Translations under genes and position numbers: made by a program
Shown here: piece by piece, positions 27,853 through 37,065 of the stretch
Layout: every line of letters begins with the position of its first letter
Numbering within the stretch: position 1 is the first letter of the stretch
Assembly (NCBI GenBank): GCA_028683595.1
Contig: JAQUHM010000001.1
Location: 1 to 44,953, forward strand
Reading direction: 5' to 3'
DNA: 44,953 bases
Source: Geobacteraceae bacterium
GTDB lineage: Bacteria; Desulfobacterota; Desulfuromonadia; Geobacterales; Geobacteraceae
The notes under the pieces: model-generated
The model's database searches: none
The model's input: only the letters and a program-made list of their open reading frames with translations
Told to the model about the DNA's origin: nothing

Positions 27853-29391
27853 ATGGTAAAGGCAAAAACCATCAAGATTTTTGACACGACCCTGAGGGAT
27901 GGTGAGCAGTCACCGGGCGCCAGCATGAACATCGAAGAGAAACTCCGTATTGCAAAACAGCTGCAGAAACTTAATGTGGATATCATAGAAGCCGGTTTTC
28001 CCATTGCCTCGGAAGGGGATTTCGAAGCGGTGAAGCGGGTTGCGCAATCCATAAAGGGCCCCCAGATAGCCGGTCTCTGTCGAGCCAATCTGAAAGATAT
28101 TGACCGGGGCTGGGAAGCTCTTCACTACGCTGGCGAGAAGGGGCGCATCCATACCTTCATTGCCACCTCCGACATCCATATGAAGTACAAACTGAAGATG
28201 AAACCGGCCCAAGTCCTTGAAGCGGCGGTAAAGGCGGTAAAACATGCCCGCTCCTATACTCCGAACGTAGAGTTTTCCTGTGAGGATGCTGTTCGTACCG
28301 ATCTGAAGTTTATGGCGGAGGTTGTCGGGGCGGTCATTGATGCCGGAGCGTCCGTGGTCAATATTCCCGATACGGTCGGCTATACTATTCCATTCGAGTA
28401 CCACAATATCATCAGGTACCTGAAGGAGAATGTTGCCAATATCGAAAAAGCAATCATTTCCGTACACTGCCACAACGACCTGGGGCTTGCCGTTGCCAAT
28501 TCCATTGCAGCAATCCAGGCAGGGGCAGAGCAGGTCGAGTGTACCATTAACGGTATCGGTGAGCGGGCCGGCAACTGTTCCCTCGAGGAACTGGTCATGA
28601 TACTGAAGACCCGGCACGATATCCTTCCCTTCAAAACCAATATCGTTACAGAACAGTTAACCCCTGCCAGTCGTCTGCTGACTACTGTTACCGGTATTGC
28701 CGTGCAACCTAACAAGGCGATAGTGGGGGCTAATGCCTTTGCCCATGAGGCGGGAATCCATCAGCATGGCATGATGATGGATAAGTCAACCTATGAAATT
28801 ATGACGCCGGAGTCCGTTGGTTTAAAGGAAAATGCCCTTGTTCTCGGCAAACATTCCGGACGACATGCCTTCAAGAAACGTCTGGAGGAGCTTGGTTATG
28901 AGCTGGACGACGAAATGCTCAATAAGGCATTTGATCGCTTCAAGTATCTTGCTGACCTGAAAAAGGAAATCTTTGATGAGGATCTGGATGCCATAGTTGC
29001 AGATGAGGTGATGCGGGTACCCGAGAAATACAAGCTTAGCCATATTACCGTTACCTGTGGTTCCTTTGCCGTGGCAACCGCAACGGTCCAGATGGAAATT
29101 GAGGATATGCCGGCGAGGACTGCGGAACTTGGTGACGGTCCGGTGGACGCCGCTCTCAAGGCTATCAAGAAGCTTACCAAAACCAAGGCCAAGCTTCTTC
29201 AGTATACGGTTGGCTCCATCACCGGTGGTACCGATGCACAAGGTGAGGTCACTGTCAGGCTTTCCGAGAATGATCGAACCGTGATCGGTAGGGGTTCGTC
29301 CACTGACATTATCGAAGCTTCTGCAAAGGCATACATCAATGCCTTGAATCGTTTGAATATCAAAAAAGTAAAGGTACAAGAAGGTTTGTAG
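27853..29391 (+). CDS. leuA: 2-isopropylmalate synthase
   Basis: [17 protein letters not shown].., [13 protein letters not shown], and a C-terminal LeuA dimerisation/regulatory domain. ATG 27853 sits 5 nt after GGAGG and is preferred over 27841. Confidence 0.95.
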   Translation: MVKAKTIKIFDTTLRDGEQSPGASMNIEEKLRIAKQLQKLNVDIIEAGFPIASEGDFEAVKRVAQSIKGPQIAGLCRANLKDIDRGWEALHYAGEKGRIHTFIATSDIHMKYKLKMKPAQVLEAAVKAVKHARSYTPNVEFSCEDAVRTDLKFMAEVVGAVIDAGASVVNIPDTVGYTIPFEYHNIIRYLKENVANIEKAIISVHCHNDLGLAVANSIAAIQAGAEQVECTINGIGERAGNCSLEELVMILKTRHDILPFKTNIVTEQLTPASRLLTTVTGIAVQPNKAIVGANAFAHEAGIHQHGMMMDKSTYEIMTPESVGLKENALVLGKHSGRHAFKKRLEELGYELDDEMLNKAFDRFKYLADLKKEIFDEDLDAIVADEVMRVPEKYKLSHITVTCGSFAVATATVQMEIEDMPARTAELGDGPVDAALKAIKKLTKTKAKLLQYTVGSITGGTDAQGEVTVRLSENDRTVIGRGSSTDIIEASAKAYINALNRLNIKKVKVQEGL

Positions 29392-29416
29392 TACTGGCGA
29401 CTCCGTTTGCTGAAAC

Positions 29417-29480
29417 AAAACCGGAACATTCTCTCTACCGTAATTACAATAACAGAGGGAATGTTCCGGTTTTGTTTTTT
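29417..29480. terminator. Bidirectional terminator between convergent leuA and the E1-like gene
   Basis: 15-bp stem AAAACCGGAACATTC / GAATGTTCCGGTTTT with a 27-nt loop. T-runs follow on both strands. Confidence 0.7.
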
Positions 29481-29495
29481 GCCTTGCGGTGGTTA

Positions 29496-30314
29496 TTAGT
29501 ACTGTATCTCGATAAATTCCATATCCAGTAGGTTTATGTGGAGTTTGCGCCTGGCAAGATTTGTTCCCTGGCCAATGATTATTTTGCAGACTTCCGCGAC
29601 CTGCAGGCTTGCTATAACTGCCGGTGTGAATGATGGATTGCCCAAGCCTTTTTCAACCCCCGTGCCGTTGGCAGAGCGATTATAAATCTTCCGCAGGGTG
29701 TCTTCGCCGGGGAACTGGGTTGCTATCTGACCATACCAGCCACCAATTGCGCCATGAACCATCGGGATATTCATTTCCGAACTGACGTCGGAAAGTTCCA
29801 GCCGGACCGGAATGCTGTCAAGTGCGTCAACGGCAATATGGACGTTTTTCAGGATATCGTAACCATTGACTTTGCCGAAGGCACATTTGAGAGGGAGCAG
29901 GGTTACTGCCGGATTGATTTCCTCAACGCGTTTTCGTGCAGCTTCCACTTTCGGTTGACCCAGCATGGAAGGTGTTGCATAGAGCTGACGGTTCAGGTTG
30001 TGCTCTTCAAAGATATCAGGGTCCACAGCAGTTATGTGGCCGATACCGAGCCTTGTCATCTCCTCAATGATGTAACAGCCAAGGCCACCACAGCCGATTA
30101 CTGCCACATGCGTCTGAAAGAGCCGCAGCTGCTCTTTGACCGAGATTGTCTTGCGGTTTCTCTGGTAGCGGGATGGCAGGAGATCAGATTCCAGTGCGAG
30201 CTTTTCCACCTGTCCCATGGTAAGCCCGAAGTGGTTGGAAGCGAATACATGGTGTTTCCAGGGGAGAAGATCACCATCCGCCTGCTTGCGCAAAAAAGAG
30301 CGGACTTCTTCCAT
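29496..30314 (-). CDS. ThiF/MoeB/HesA-family E1-like adenylyltransferase (small type, no CxxC zinc site, no rhodanese domain)
   Basis: Rossmann motif VAVIGCGGLGCYIIEEMTRLG..VDPDIFEEHNLNRQ. 272 aa with a ~60-aa N-terminal extension. Confidence 0.8.
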   Translation of the reverse strand: MEEVRSFLRKQADGDLLPWKHHVFASNHFGLTMGQVEKLALESDLLPSRYQRNRKTISVKEQLRLFQTHVAVIGCGGLGCYIIEEMTRLGIGHITAVDPDIFEEHNLNRQLYATPSMLGQPKVEAARKRVEEINPAVTLLPLKCAFGKVNGYDILKNVHIAVDALDSIPVRLELSDVSSEMNIPMVHGAIGGWYGQIATQFPGEDTLRKIYNRSANGTGVEKGLGNPSFTPAVIASLQVAEVCKIIIGQGTNLARRKLHINLLDMEFIEIQY

Positions 30315-30316
30315 TG

Positions 30317-30541
30317 CTAGCCTCCTCCGACGAGAGGGAAGATCGATAGAATGTCACCATCCTGAAGCACCTGGTCTTCTTCTACGTGTATGTGGTTGAT
30401 CAGCGTCGCACCGATTTCGTCAAGTGGCAGGTTCAGCTCGTTCAATATGTCTCCTACCGTTGTGGTCGGACCATATTCCCGTTTTTCCTGTCCGAAACGG
30501 CCAGTGCGGAAAGTGGCAAACAATTTGATCGTCACTGTCAT
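30317..30541 (-). CDS. MoaD/ThiS-family ubiquitin-like sulfur-carrier protein ending in GG
   Basis: 74 aa of beta-grasp-like sequence ending ..ILSIFPLVGGG. AAAGGAGAG SD. Its stop is 2 nt before the E1-like start. Confidence 0.75.
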   Translation of the reverse strand: MTVTIKLFATFRTGRFGQEKREYGPTTTVGDILNELNLPLDEIGATLINHIHVEEDQVLQDGDILSIFPLVGGG

Positions 30542-30668
30542 TGATATCTCTCCTTTAGAAAGAAAGCATGGAGCTCATTTTTTACCATAGAGAGCAAATT
30601 CACGCTATATTTTATTTCTCACAAATGTTTCCGAATCTCCCGCTGTCGTATCGTTGAACATGTTGCCG

Positions 30669-33600
30669 TTATTCGATTGCGTGCAGAAATATCAGAGTAC
30701 GGTAGCCCGATTTTTCCGCCCTGTCAGAATATTCCCGGACTTCCTTATGGATTCGGAGAGTTTCACTAATCATTTCAGCAGAAACAGTATTTTCCGTTAC
30801 GAGAGAGCAGAGGCCTGTCAGGTAAAGAGCCTTCAGTAACTCTTCGAATCTTTCCCTGTTAAACCACTCAATGCCCTCACTCAGATGAACATGCAGGAAT
30901 TCCCGGATTCCATTGTCTGCAAACAGTTGTTCCATCCGGGCATCGGCGGTTTCTGTTTCCATTTGATTTAGAAAGAATGAATTGTGGACAAGCATGATTC
31001 TCAGGAGCAAATCCTCACCGTTGTCCACAGGGGGAATTTGGTCCCCGAGTTTTGAGACAGATACCTGCTGGAAGCAGGACGCAAGAGTCTTTGCCAGGGC
31101 AAACTCCACCAAGACCTTTTCAGGGTGTTCGCGGAAGTGTTCTCCCAAGCTGTCGGAAAGGTGCTGGAAGGTCAAGTAGAGAAGAGCAAGTGTCCCGTTA
31201 TCATAGTCCTTTCCTGTGGCAAGAATTGCAGACAAGTTTTCCCGGGTTTCCTTCCAGCCTTTTTTCCGGCTTTTCATCCGGCATGCCGCGATTAGGGCAC
31301 TCAGGTTTCGAAGAATACCTTGGATCAGAGTTGGCCTGTCCAGATGAAGGCTTCCTTCTGACTGGAGAGCGAACAAAAAATCCTCAAGCTTCAGCTTGAG
31401 TGCATGCTCTGCTTCTTTGTGTTTGGTCTCAGGAGCTTCCGGATCGGAAAGGGCAGGGAGAAGGTCCGGCAGGCTGAGGAAAAGTGCGCTAAGGGACATC
31501 CGTGCTCCTGAGAACTGGATCTGGCGGAGGTCCTCGTCAAGGCTTGCTGTCGGCCGGTCTGCAAGCTCCAGGCAGAGTTTGCCCCAGGTTCCGTAGTCGT
31601 CATCCCGGATTTCCCGGAAATCAAGAAAGGCATGGCACTCGAAAGCATTCAGCTTCAGGAAGAGACCCTTTTCCGCAAGTTCCTTTCCGTGACGCAGGTA
31701 TTCCAGTCCACTTGCGGAGTCCCGAAAGCGATAATAGTATCTGCCGTCCGGATTGATTCCGAGAGCCTCTCCGAGCGTTGTCTGCAGCTGCCTGCTTTCG
31801 CCTGAAGCACCTTTTACAGCGCGGGAGCAGGAGGTGCGGATCCAGCCGGAGCTGGTTGCAAAACGGTTATGATAGACAATGAGCGCCCGCTCGTTTTCAC
31901 AGGAATTGGAATAGGCGAAGATGTTTTCGTCAACCGCGTCACCACTGAGGAAGTCATAGAGAACAAAGTTTGCTGCCCCACTGAAGAGGCGGCGTTTTTT
32001 CATGAGAGGGAAGATTTGCTGTTCATGCATTTCCACCAGGTGGCGGTCAATCTCTTCCGTCCAATAAGCTCTTCGGTATTCCATACCGTATTTTTCGGTA
32101 AATCCTTCGATCTGACCGTGTCCGAACATTGGCAAACCAGGCATGGTGACCAGGAGAACGGCGGCCCCGAAGTATTTACCCTCTTTACCGAACTGTTCGA
32201 CAGCGGTCTTTTCGTCAGGGTTGTTCATAAAGTTGACAAATCGCTGGAGAATCTCGGGATTAAATTCCAGGACATTCTTGATGGTTTGCCGGTATTTGGC
32301 ATTCTCCTCCAATTTCAGCATGTTCATAAAAGCGCTGTTGTAAACCCGGTGCATGCCCAACGTTCGGACAAAATAACCCTCCATAAGCCAGAAGGCCTCG
32401 GCGAGGAGCAGGGTGTCCGGAGCTTCGATGGAAACCCTGTCCACCACTTCGCGCCAGAACTCCTTGGGAAAAAGTTCGTCGAACCGCGCCCGGCTGAGGG
32501 CATGCTCGGCCCGGGACGGTATTCCGCCGCCTAGTCCGGTTTGGGGGAACCACAACCGCTGAAAGTGCTTTTTAGCCAGAGTCATGGCGGCATCAAACCG
32601 GATAATGGGGAAGTTCCGTGCCACATGAAGAATGGTTTGGATTACCGTCTCACGAACTTCCGGAAGGAGGTAGTTAAGTTGTGCCGTGTCGTTCCATGGT
32701 GTGCTGGTGCCGTCATTGCCATGGTAAATATAGCGGACCCGTCCCGTCCGGTTGTCCACATGCTGGAAAACAACCGCGGCATCAGTCTTTGACCAATAGC
32801 CGTCCTCGATTCGCAGACATATATCTTGCGTTGATGACAGGTCCGGACCTTCGAAGCGATAGCCGGGGTAGGGGGGATAGTCAAGCTGGACGAACCAGTC
32901 GGGATGCTCGTGGGTCCAGCGTGAATCGATTCCGGTATGGTTGGGAACCATGTCGCTTGCCAGCCGAATTCCCCGAAGAGCTGCCCGGTGTCTCAGATTT
33001 TCCATGGCACTGTTGCCGCCAAGATCTTCTGCGATTACATAGTCATAGAGGGAGTAAGCTGATGCGATTGCCTCAGGGTTGCCGCAAAATTGCTTGATTT
33101 TCCGAGAGGCAGGAGAGCGTTCCCATATTCCGATCAGCCAGAGGCCGGTGAATCCCCATGAAGCAAGGGTATCCAGTTCACTGTCGGGAATTTCATCCAG
33201 GCGTGTTATCGGCCAGCCATATTTTCTGCTTAACTGGTCCATCCAGACGTACGCCATCTTGGCAATCAGAACAACGTTCGGCATCCATTCCCTATCCTGG
33301 GAGAAGCTTTCCGGTTCAGGGTACTCTTCCAGTGGCGATGGGGCGTGTTTTTCCTGTTTGTGTGAAAATTCCAGCACGAGGGGCGGCCCCGGACCGTCCC
33401 ATCGGGCCCGTTCTTCCTCGCTGATGGTATCAAAAGCGGATATTATTTCACTGAGCACATCAGGGGGGAGCAGTTCCGCCCAGTTCTTCCTGATGAATTC
33501 AAGCTGTCTGGCAAGTGAATCTGGACAGGCCTTTTGGGGAGCTCGCAGCAGTTTCAGGATTGGAAGTTTAAATGGTGCGCAGGGTGGGGCCTTTTCCAAT

Positions 33601-34187
33601 TCCCTGTCCAGAATTGATGTCACGGTGCCATAGGGTGAGATGGCGGCCAGGTAGCTGGCATCGAAGAGCGGACGATACGCTCTGAGCGCCGGATTTTCCA
33701 TGAAAAGCCGAAGCAAAAGCGTTTCCCGGAGAATGTGACGCCTTCTGGTGAATCGACTGGTGTCTCTTGCCAAATACTTCTTTGGTGTGACGGCTTGCTT
33801 CCCGATCGGGTCGTTAGGTGGATAGAGTCCGATAAAATGGTGGATAACCCCGGCAAGCGGGCCGCGGGTGAAGTCCAGATTTCCCGCTGTCAGGATCTTT
33901 TCCTCGAGGTGTGGATACTGATCGTCGAGGTAACAGGTGAACAGGTAGCGGAAAATCTTGCTCATTAAAGCGAAAAGTCGCAATTCTCCCGATCTGGCAG
34001 GGGATGATTCCCTTGCCGTAAACCGGTTGAGGCGATCAGCCAACTGCCGGTAAAAGAGAATGGCTGGCGGCGCCGGTTGGGTGGCCAGGTCCTCCATCAC
34101 CTTGGAGAGGCCCATCACTTGCCACATCCTGCCGGATATCTGGATTTCGTAAGAAAAGTAGGTGTCTTGCGAGTTAATTTTCTTCAT
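30669..34187 (-). CDS. Very large alpha-amylase-family (GH13-like) protein
   Basis: 1172 aa. GH13 regions are I LASDMVPNH, II IIRFDAAMTLAKK, III LLLAEAFW and IV FMNNPDE (Pro where His is usual). About 330 aa N-terminal and about 400 aa C-terminal have no motifs I recognise. Confidence 0.75.
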   Translation of the reverse strand: MKKINSQDTYFSYEIQISGRMWQVMGLSKVMEDLATQPAPPAILFYRQLADRLNRFTARESSPARSGELRLFALMSKIFRYLFTCYLDDQYPHLEEKILTAGNLDFTRGPLAGVIHHFIGLYPPNDPIGKQAVTPKKYLARDTSRFTRRRHILRETLLLRLFMENPALRAYRPLFDASYLAAISPYGTVTSILDRELEKAPPCAPFKLPILKLLRAPQKACPDSLARQLEFIRKNWAELLPPDVLSEIISAFDTISEEERARWDGPGPPLVLEFSHKQEKHAPSPLEEYPEPESFSQDREWMPNVVLIAKMAYVWMDQLSRKYGWPITRLDEIPDSELDTLASWGFTGLWLIGIWERSPASRKIKQFCGNPEAIASAYSLYDYVIAEDLGGNSAMENLRHRAALRGIRLASDMVPNHTGIDSRWTHEHPDWFVQLDYPPYPGYRFEGPDLSSTQDICLRIEDGYWSKTDAAVVFQHVDNRTGRVRYIYHGNDGTSTPWNDTAQLNYLLPEVRETVIQTILHVARNFPIIRFDAAMTLAKKHFQRLWFPQTGLGGGIPSRAEHALSRARFDELFPKEFWREVVDRVSIEAPDTLLLAEAFWLMEGYFVRTLGMHRVYNSAFMNMLKLEENAKYRQTIKNVLEFNPEILQRFVNFMNNPDEKTAVEQFGKEGKYFGAAVLLVTMPGLPMFGHGQIEGFTEKYGMEYRRAYWTEEIDRHLVEMHEQQIFPLMKKRRLFSGAANFVLYDFLSGDAVDENIFAYSNSCENERALIVYHNRFATSSGWIRTSCSRAVKGASGESRQLQTTLGEALGINPDGRYYYRFRDSASGLEYLRHGKELAEKGLFLKLNAFECHAFLDFREIRDDDYGTWGKLCLELADRPTASLDEDLRQIQFSGARMSLSALFLSLPDLLPALSDPEAPETKHKEAEHALKLKLEDFLFALQSEGSLHLDRPTLIQGILRNLSALIAACRMKSRKKGWKETRENLSAILATGKDYDNGTLALLYLTFQHLSDSLGEHFREHPEKVLVEFALAKTLASCFQQVSVSKLGDQIPPVDNGEDLLLRIMLVHNSFFLNQMETETADARMEQLFADNGIREFLHVHLSEGIEWFNRERFEELLKALYLTGLCSLVTENTVSAEMISETLRIHKEVREYSDRAEKSGYRTLIFLHAIE

Positions 34188-34328
34188 GGTTATCCCGGGA
34201 TATTCCTTGTGCTCGAAGTTTCTTAAAGAAACAATACTATAATGGCAGATTACCCCAAGTAGCGAGGGGAGTCAATCGAAGCGCAAATTCCTGCTTCTGA
34301 TAGAGAGCGTGGGCGGAGGATTAAACAC

Positions 34329-34371
34329 TTGACTTGCCCACCGCAGTTGATTATCATGAAAATCATTTTCA
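34329..34371 (+). promoter_or_regulatory. fur promoter with an overlapping Fur box
   Basis: TTGACT (34329-34334), 17-nt spacer, TATCAT (34352-34357). Tandem TGATTATCA / TGAAAATCA (34348-34365) match the GATAATGATAATCATTATC-type Fur consensus and cover the -10 element. Confidence 0.7.
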
Positions 34372-34380
34372 ATTGGAGGC

Positions 34381-34818
34381 ATGCTCGTGAAACGTGCCAA
34401 GAAAAAGCAATTCCAGGATTTTATTGCCGCAAAAGGGCTTAAGTCCACCCGTCAGCGTGATTTGATTCTTGAATGTTTTCTTGCCTCGGATTGCCACCTG
34501 AGTACCGAAGAACTTTATTTGAAGGTCCGGGCAAAAAATCCCTCCATCGGCTTCGCGACGGTCTACCGGACCCTGAAGCTCTTTGCTGAAGCGGGTATTG
34601 CGCGGGAGATACACTTCGGAGACGGGCAATCACGTTACGAGCATGTTGCTGAAGGCGAACACCATGATCACCTCGTCTGCACCCGGTGTGGAGCCGTGCA
34701 GGAGTTCCAGAACGAGGCGATTGAGCAATTGCAGCAGGAAGTAGCAGAGCAGTTCGGATTCCAGGTTGAGACCCACAAGTTGGAACTCTACGGCATCTGT
34801 TCCAAGTGTAGAAAATAA
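34381..34818 (+). CDS. fur: Fur-family metal uptake regulator
   Basis: 145 aa. wHTH (..ATVYRTLKLFAEAGI..), metal sites HHDHLVCTRCG...CSKC. Confidence 0.9.
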   Translation: MLVKRAKKKQFQDFIAAKGLKSTRQRDLILECFLASDCHLSTEELYLKVRAKNPSIGFATVYRTLKLFAEAGIAREIHFGDGQSRYEHVAEGEHHDHLVCTRCGAVQEFQNEAIEQLQQEVAEQFGFQVETHKLELYGICSKCRK

Positions 34819-34834
34819 CAGTACTATTGAATAC

Positions 34835-34869
34835 AATCAGTTTCCGTTGTGGTTGAAACTGATTTTCAT
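34835..34869 (+). promoter_or_regulatory. 10-bp perfect inverted repeat between fur and feoB (terminator-like hairpin or operator)
   Basis: AATCAGTTTC (34835-34844), 10-nt loop, GAAACTGATT (34855-34864), followed by TTCAT. The 3' arm plus flank (ACTGATTTTCATAAACAAT) is also Fur-box-like. Confidence 0.4.
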
Positions 34870-34893
34870 AAACAATATCTGCGAGAGAGAAAC

Positions 34894-36885
34894 ATGCTGA
34901 ATTTCAGAAAGAGACCTGCCTGTGTCCCTGCCAATGATGGTTCCTGTTCCTGCTGTAAAAAGGTTGCCCTGGTGGGGAACCCCAATGTCGGCAAGAGTGT
35001 TCTCTTTAATGCACTGACAGGGGCTTATGTGACGGTGTCCAATTATCCCGGCACTTCTGTCGAAGTGGCGAGAGGGACGGTGCTTGTCAATGGCGTGCAG
35101 TGCGAAATCATCGATACCCCGGGAATGTACTCGATTCTTCCCATCACCGAAGAGGAGCGTGTTGCCCGGGAGATACTCCTCCATGAATCACCTGATGTAG
35201 TGCTCCATGTCCTGGATGCACGAAATCTGGAGCGCATGCTTGCCATGACACTCCAGTTGATCGAAGCGGGTCTTCCGGTTATCCTGGTGGTAAACATCAT
35301 GGATGAGGCGGAAAGAATGGGGCTTACCATTGATATCCCCCTGCTGCAGGAAAAGCTCGGTGTGCCGGTTATCGGCGCTTCGGCTGCCAAGAAGAAGGGC
35401 CTGCCTGAACTGAAGGAGGCTATTGTCAGCTATGACCACAAGCGCCATGCTATTTTTGGCTACAGCAGGCGCATGGAATCCGACCTCCTGGAGATTATGT
35501 CACTCCTCTCCGGTAGCTATACTCTTTCCAAGAAATCCCTGGCCCTGCTCCTCCTGCAGAGGGATGACGACGTTGCAAACCTGGTGCGGGAAAAGGAGGG
35601 GGACGGCTATTCCCACATTGAGGAAAAGGTCCGAGAAAAGATTTTTGCCCGGCGTGACTCTTTCCATCTGGAGCTTTCCATGGAGCGCAGGATGGTTGTC
35701 AAAGGGCTCGTCGACAGCGTATTCCATGCGCCGGAAAAAAGAAAACCTGTCTTTGGCGAGCGTCTTTCACGCTGGGCGGTGCGGCCTCTGACCGGGGTTC
35801 CTCTCCTGCTGATTATCCTTTACTTCGGCCTGTACAAGTTTGTCGGCGTGTTTGGAGCCGGAACACTTGTGGATTTTCTGGAAGGAAAACTTTTCGAGGG
35901 TTATTTCAATCCCTGGATAACCAAAGTGGTGACACACACGATTCCCTGGCCGATCATACAGGAACTCTTTGTCGGGGAATACGGGATCATTACCCTTGGC
36001 ATCCGCTACGCGGTCGGGATAATTCTGCCCATTGTCGCAACATTTTTCCTGTTTTTCTCGATCCTGGAGGACAGCGGCTATTTCCCCCGCCTGGCCCTTC
36101 TCGTGGACCGTCTTTTCAAGAAGGTCGGCCTGACCGGCCGGGCGGTCATTCCCATGGTGCTCGGTTTTGGCTGTGACACCATGGCCACCATGGTGACCAG
36201 GACCCTGGAAACGGTCAGGGAGCGCATCATTGCCACCCTTCTCCTTGCCTTGGCAATTCCCTGTTCTGCGCAGCTGGGTGTCATTCTCGCGCTGCTTTCC
36301 AAGTTCCCGGGCGCACTCGCCGTCTGGAGCGTTTGCCTGTTCCTTATCTTTATCTTTGTTGGACTTCTGGCATCGTGGGTCGTTCCGGGTGAGTCTCCCA
36401 TGTTCTACATGGAACTTCCTCCCATGCGCCTCCCCCAGCTCTCCAATGTTTTTACAAAGACCTATTCCCGTATGCAGTGGTACCTGCTGGAGATCCTGCC
36501 GCTGTTCATTCTTGCTTCGATTCTGCTCTGGCTCGGCAAAATAACCCATTTCTTCCCGATCCTCATCGGCTGGATGAAGCCGGTCATGGCACTTATCGGC
36601 TTGCCGCAGGAGACCGCAATTGCTTTCATTTTCGGGTTCTTTCGCCGCGACTACGGAGCTGCGGGACTTTATGATCTGCAGACACAGGGTCTTTTGGATG
36701 CCCGACAGTTAACGGTGGCGGCGGTCGCCCTGACTCTGTTTGTCCCGTGCGTTGCCCAGTTCCTGGTCATGCAGAGAGAAAGGGGAACCAAGGTTTCCGT
36801 GGCAATTGCTGTGTTCGTAAGTCTCTTGGCATTCTCCAGCGGCTACGTCCTGAACGAATTCCTGCTTCTTACCGGAATCCTCTGA
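34894..36885 (+). CDS. feoB: Ferrous iron transporter FeoB
   Basis: G-domain VALVGNPNVGKSVLFNALTG.., DTPG, then a polytopic permease domain. It has a Cys-rich N-terminal extension (CVPANDGSCSCC). The start at 34894 avoids the upstream hairpin. Confidence 0.92.
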   Translation: MLNFRKRPACVPANDGSCSCCKKVALVGNPNVGKSVLFNALTGAYVTVSNYPGTSVEVARGTVLVNGVQCEIIDTPGMYSILPITEEERVAREILLHESPDVVLHVLDARNLERMLAMTLQLIEAGLPVILVVNIMDEAERMGLTIDIPLLQEKLGVPVIGASAAKKKGLPELKEAIVSYDHKRHAIFGYSRRMESDLLEIMSLLSGSYTLSKKSLALLLLQRDDDVANLVREKEGDGYSHIEEKVREKIFARRDSFHLELSMERRMVVKGLVDSVFHAPEKRKPVFGERLSRWAVRPLTGVPLLLIILYFGLYKFVGVFGAGTLVDFLEGKLFEGYFNPWITKVVTHTIPWPIIQELFVGEYGIITLGIRYAVGIILPIVATFFLFFSILEDSGYFPRLALLVDRLFKKVGLTGRAVIPMVLGFGCDTMATMVTRTLETVRERIIATLLLALAIPCSAQLGVILALLSKFPGALAVWSVCLFLIFIFVGLLASWVVPGESPMFYMELPPMRLPQLSNVFTKTYSRMQWYLLEILPLFILASILLWLGKITHFFPILIGWMKPVMALIGLPQETAIAFIFGFFRRDYGAAGLYDLQTQGLLDARQLTVAAVALTLFVPCVAQFLVMQRERGTKVSVAIAVFVSLLAFSSGYVLNEFLLLTGIL

Positions 36886-37064
36886 TGCGCTGCGGGTTCT
36901 GCGGATATGAGTTCCGCGAAGAAGATGCCAGCCAGGGCTGCAGCAGTTGTCCGATGACCTCGGCCTGCAAGAAGCTCAAATGTCCTCGCTGCAATTATGA
37001 AAACCCTCCGGAACCGTTACTGGTGCGGAAACTAAGAAAACTGTTTAACAAGTCGGGGAGCTGA
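36885..37064 (+). CDS. 59-aa Cys-rich zinc-ribbon-like microprotein, translationally coupled to feoB
   Basis: The ATG overlaps the feoB stop (TGATG). Sequence MRCGFCGYEF..CSSCPMTSACKKLKCPRCNYE has three CxxC pairs plus one more Cys. It ends 1 nt before the next gene. Confidence 0.6.
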   Translation: MRCGFCGYEFREEDASQGCSSCPMTSACKKLKCPRCNYENPPEPLLVRKLRKLFNKSGS

Positions 37065-37065
37065 C

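Noticed and set aside
35767-36549. 260-aa ORF antisense to the feoB permease domain
   Set aside because: It is a charged, low-complexity translation opposite a clear polytopic FeoB sequence, so I treat it as an antisense artefact.
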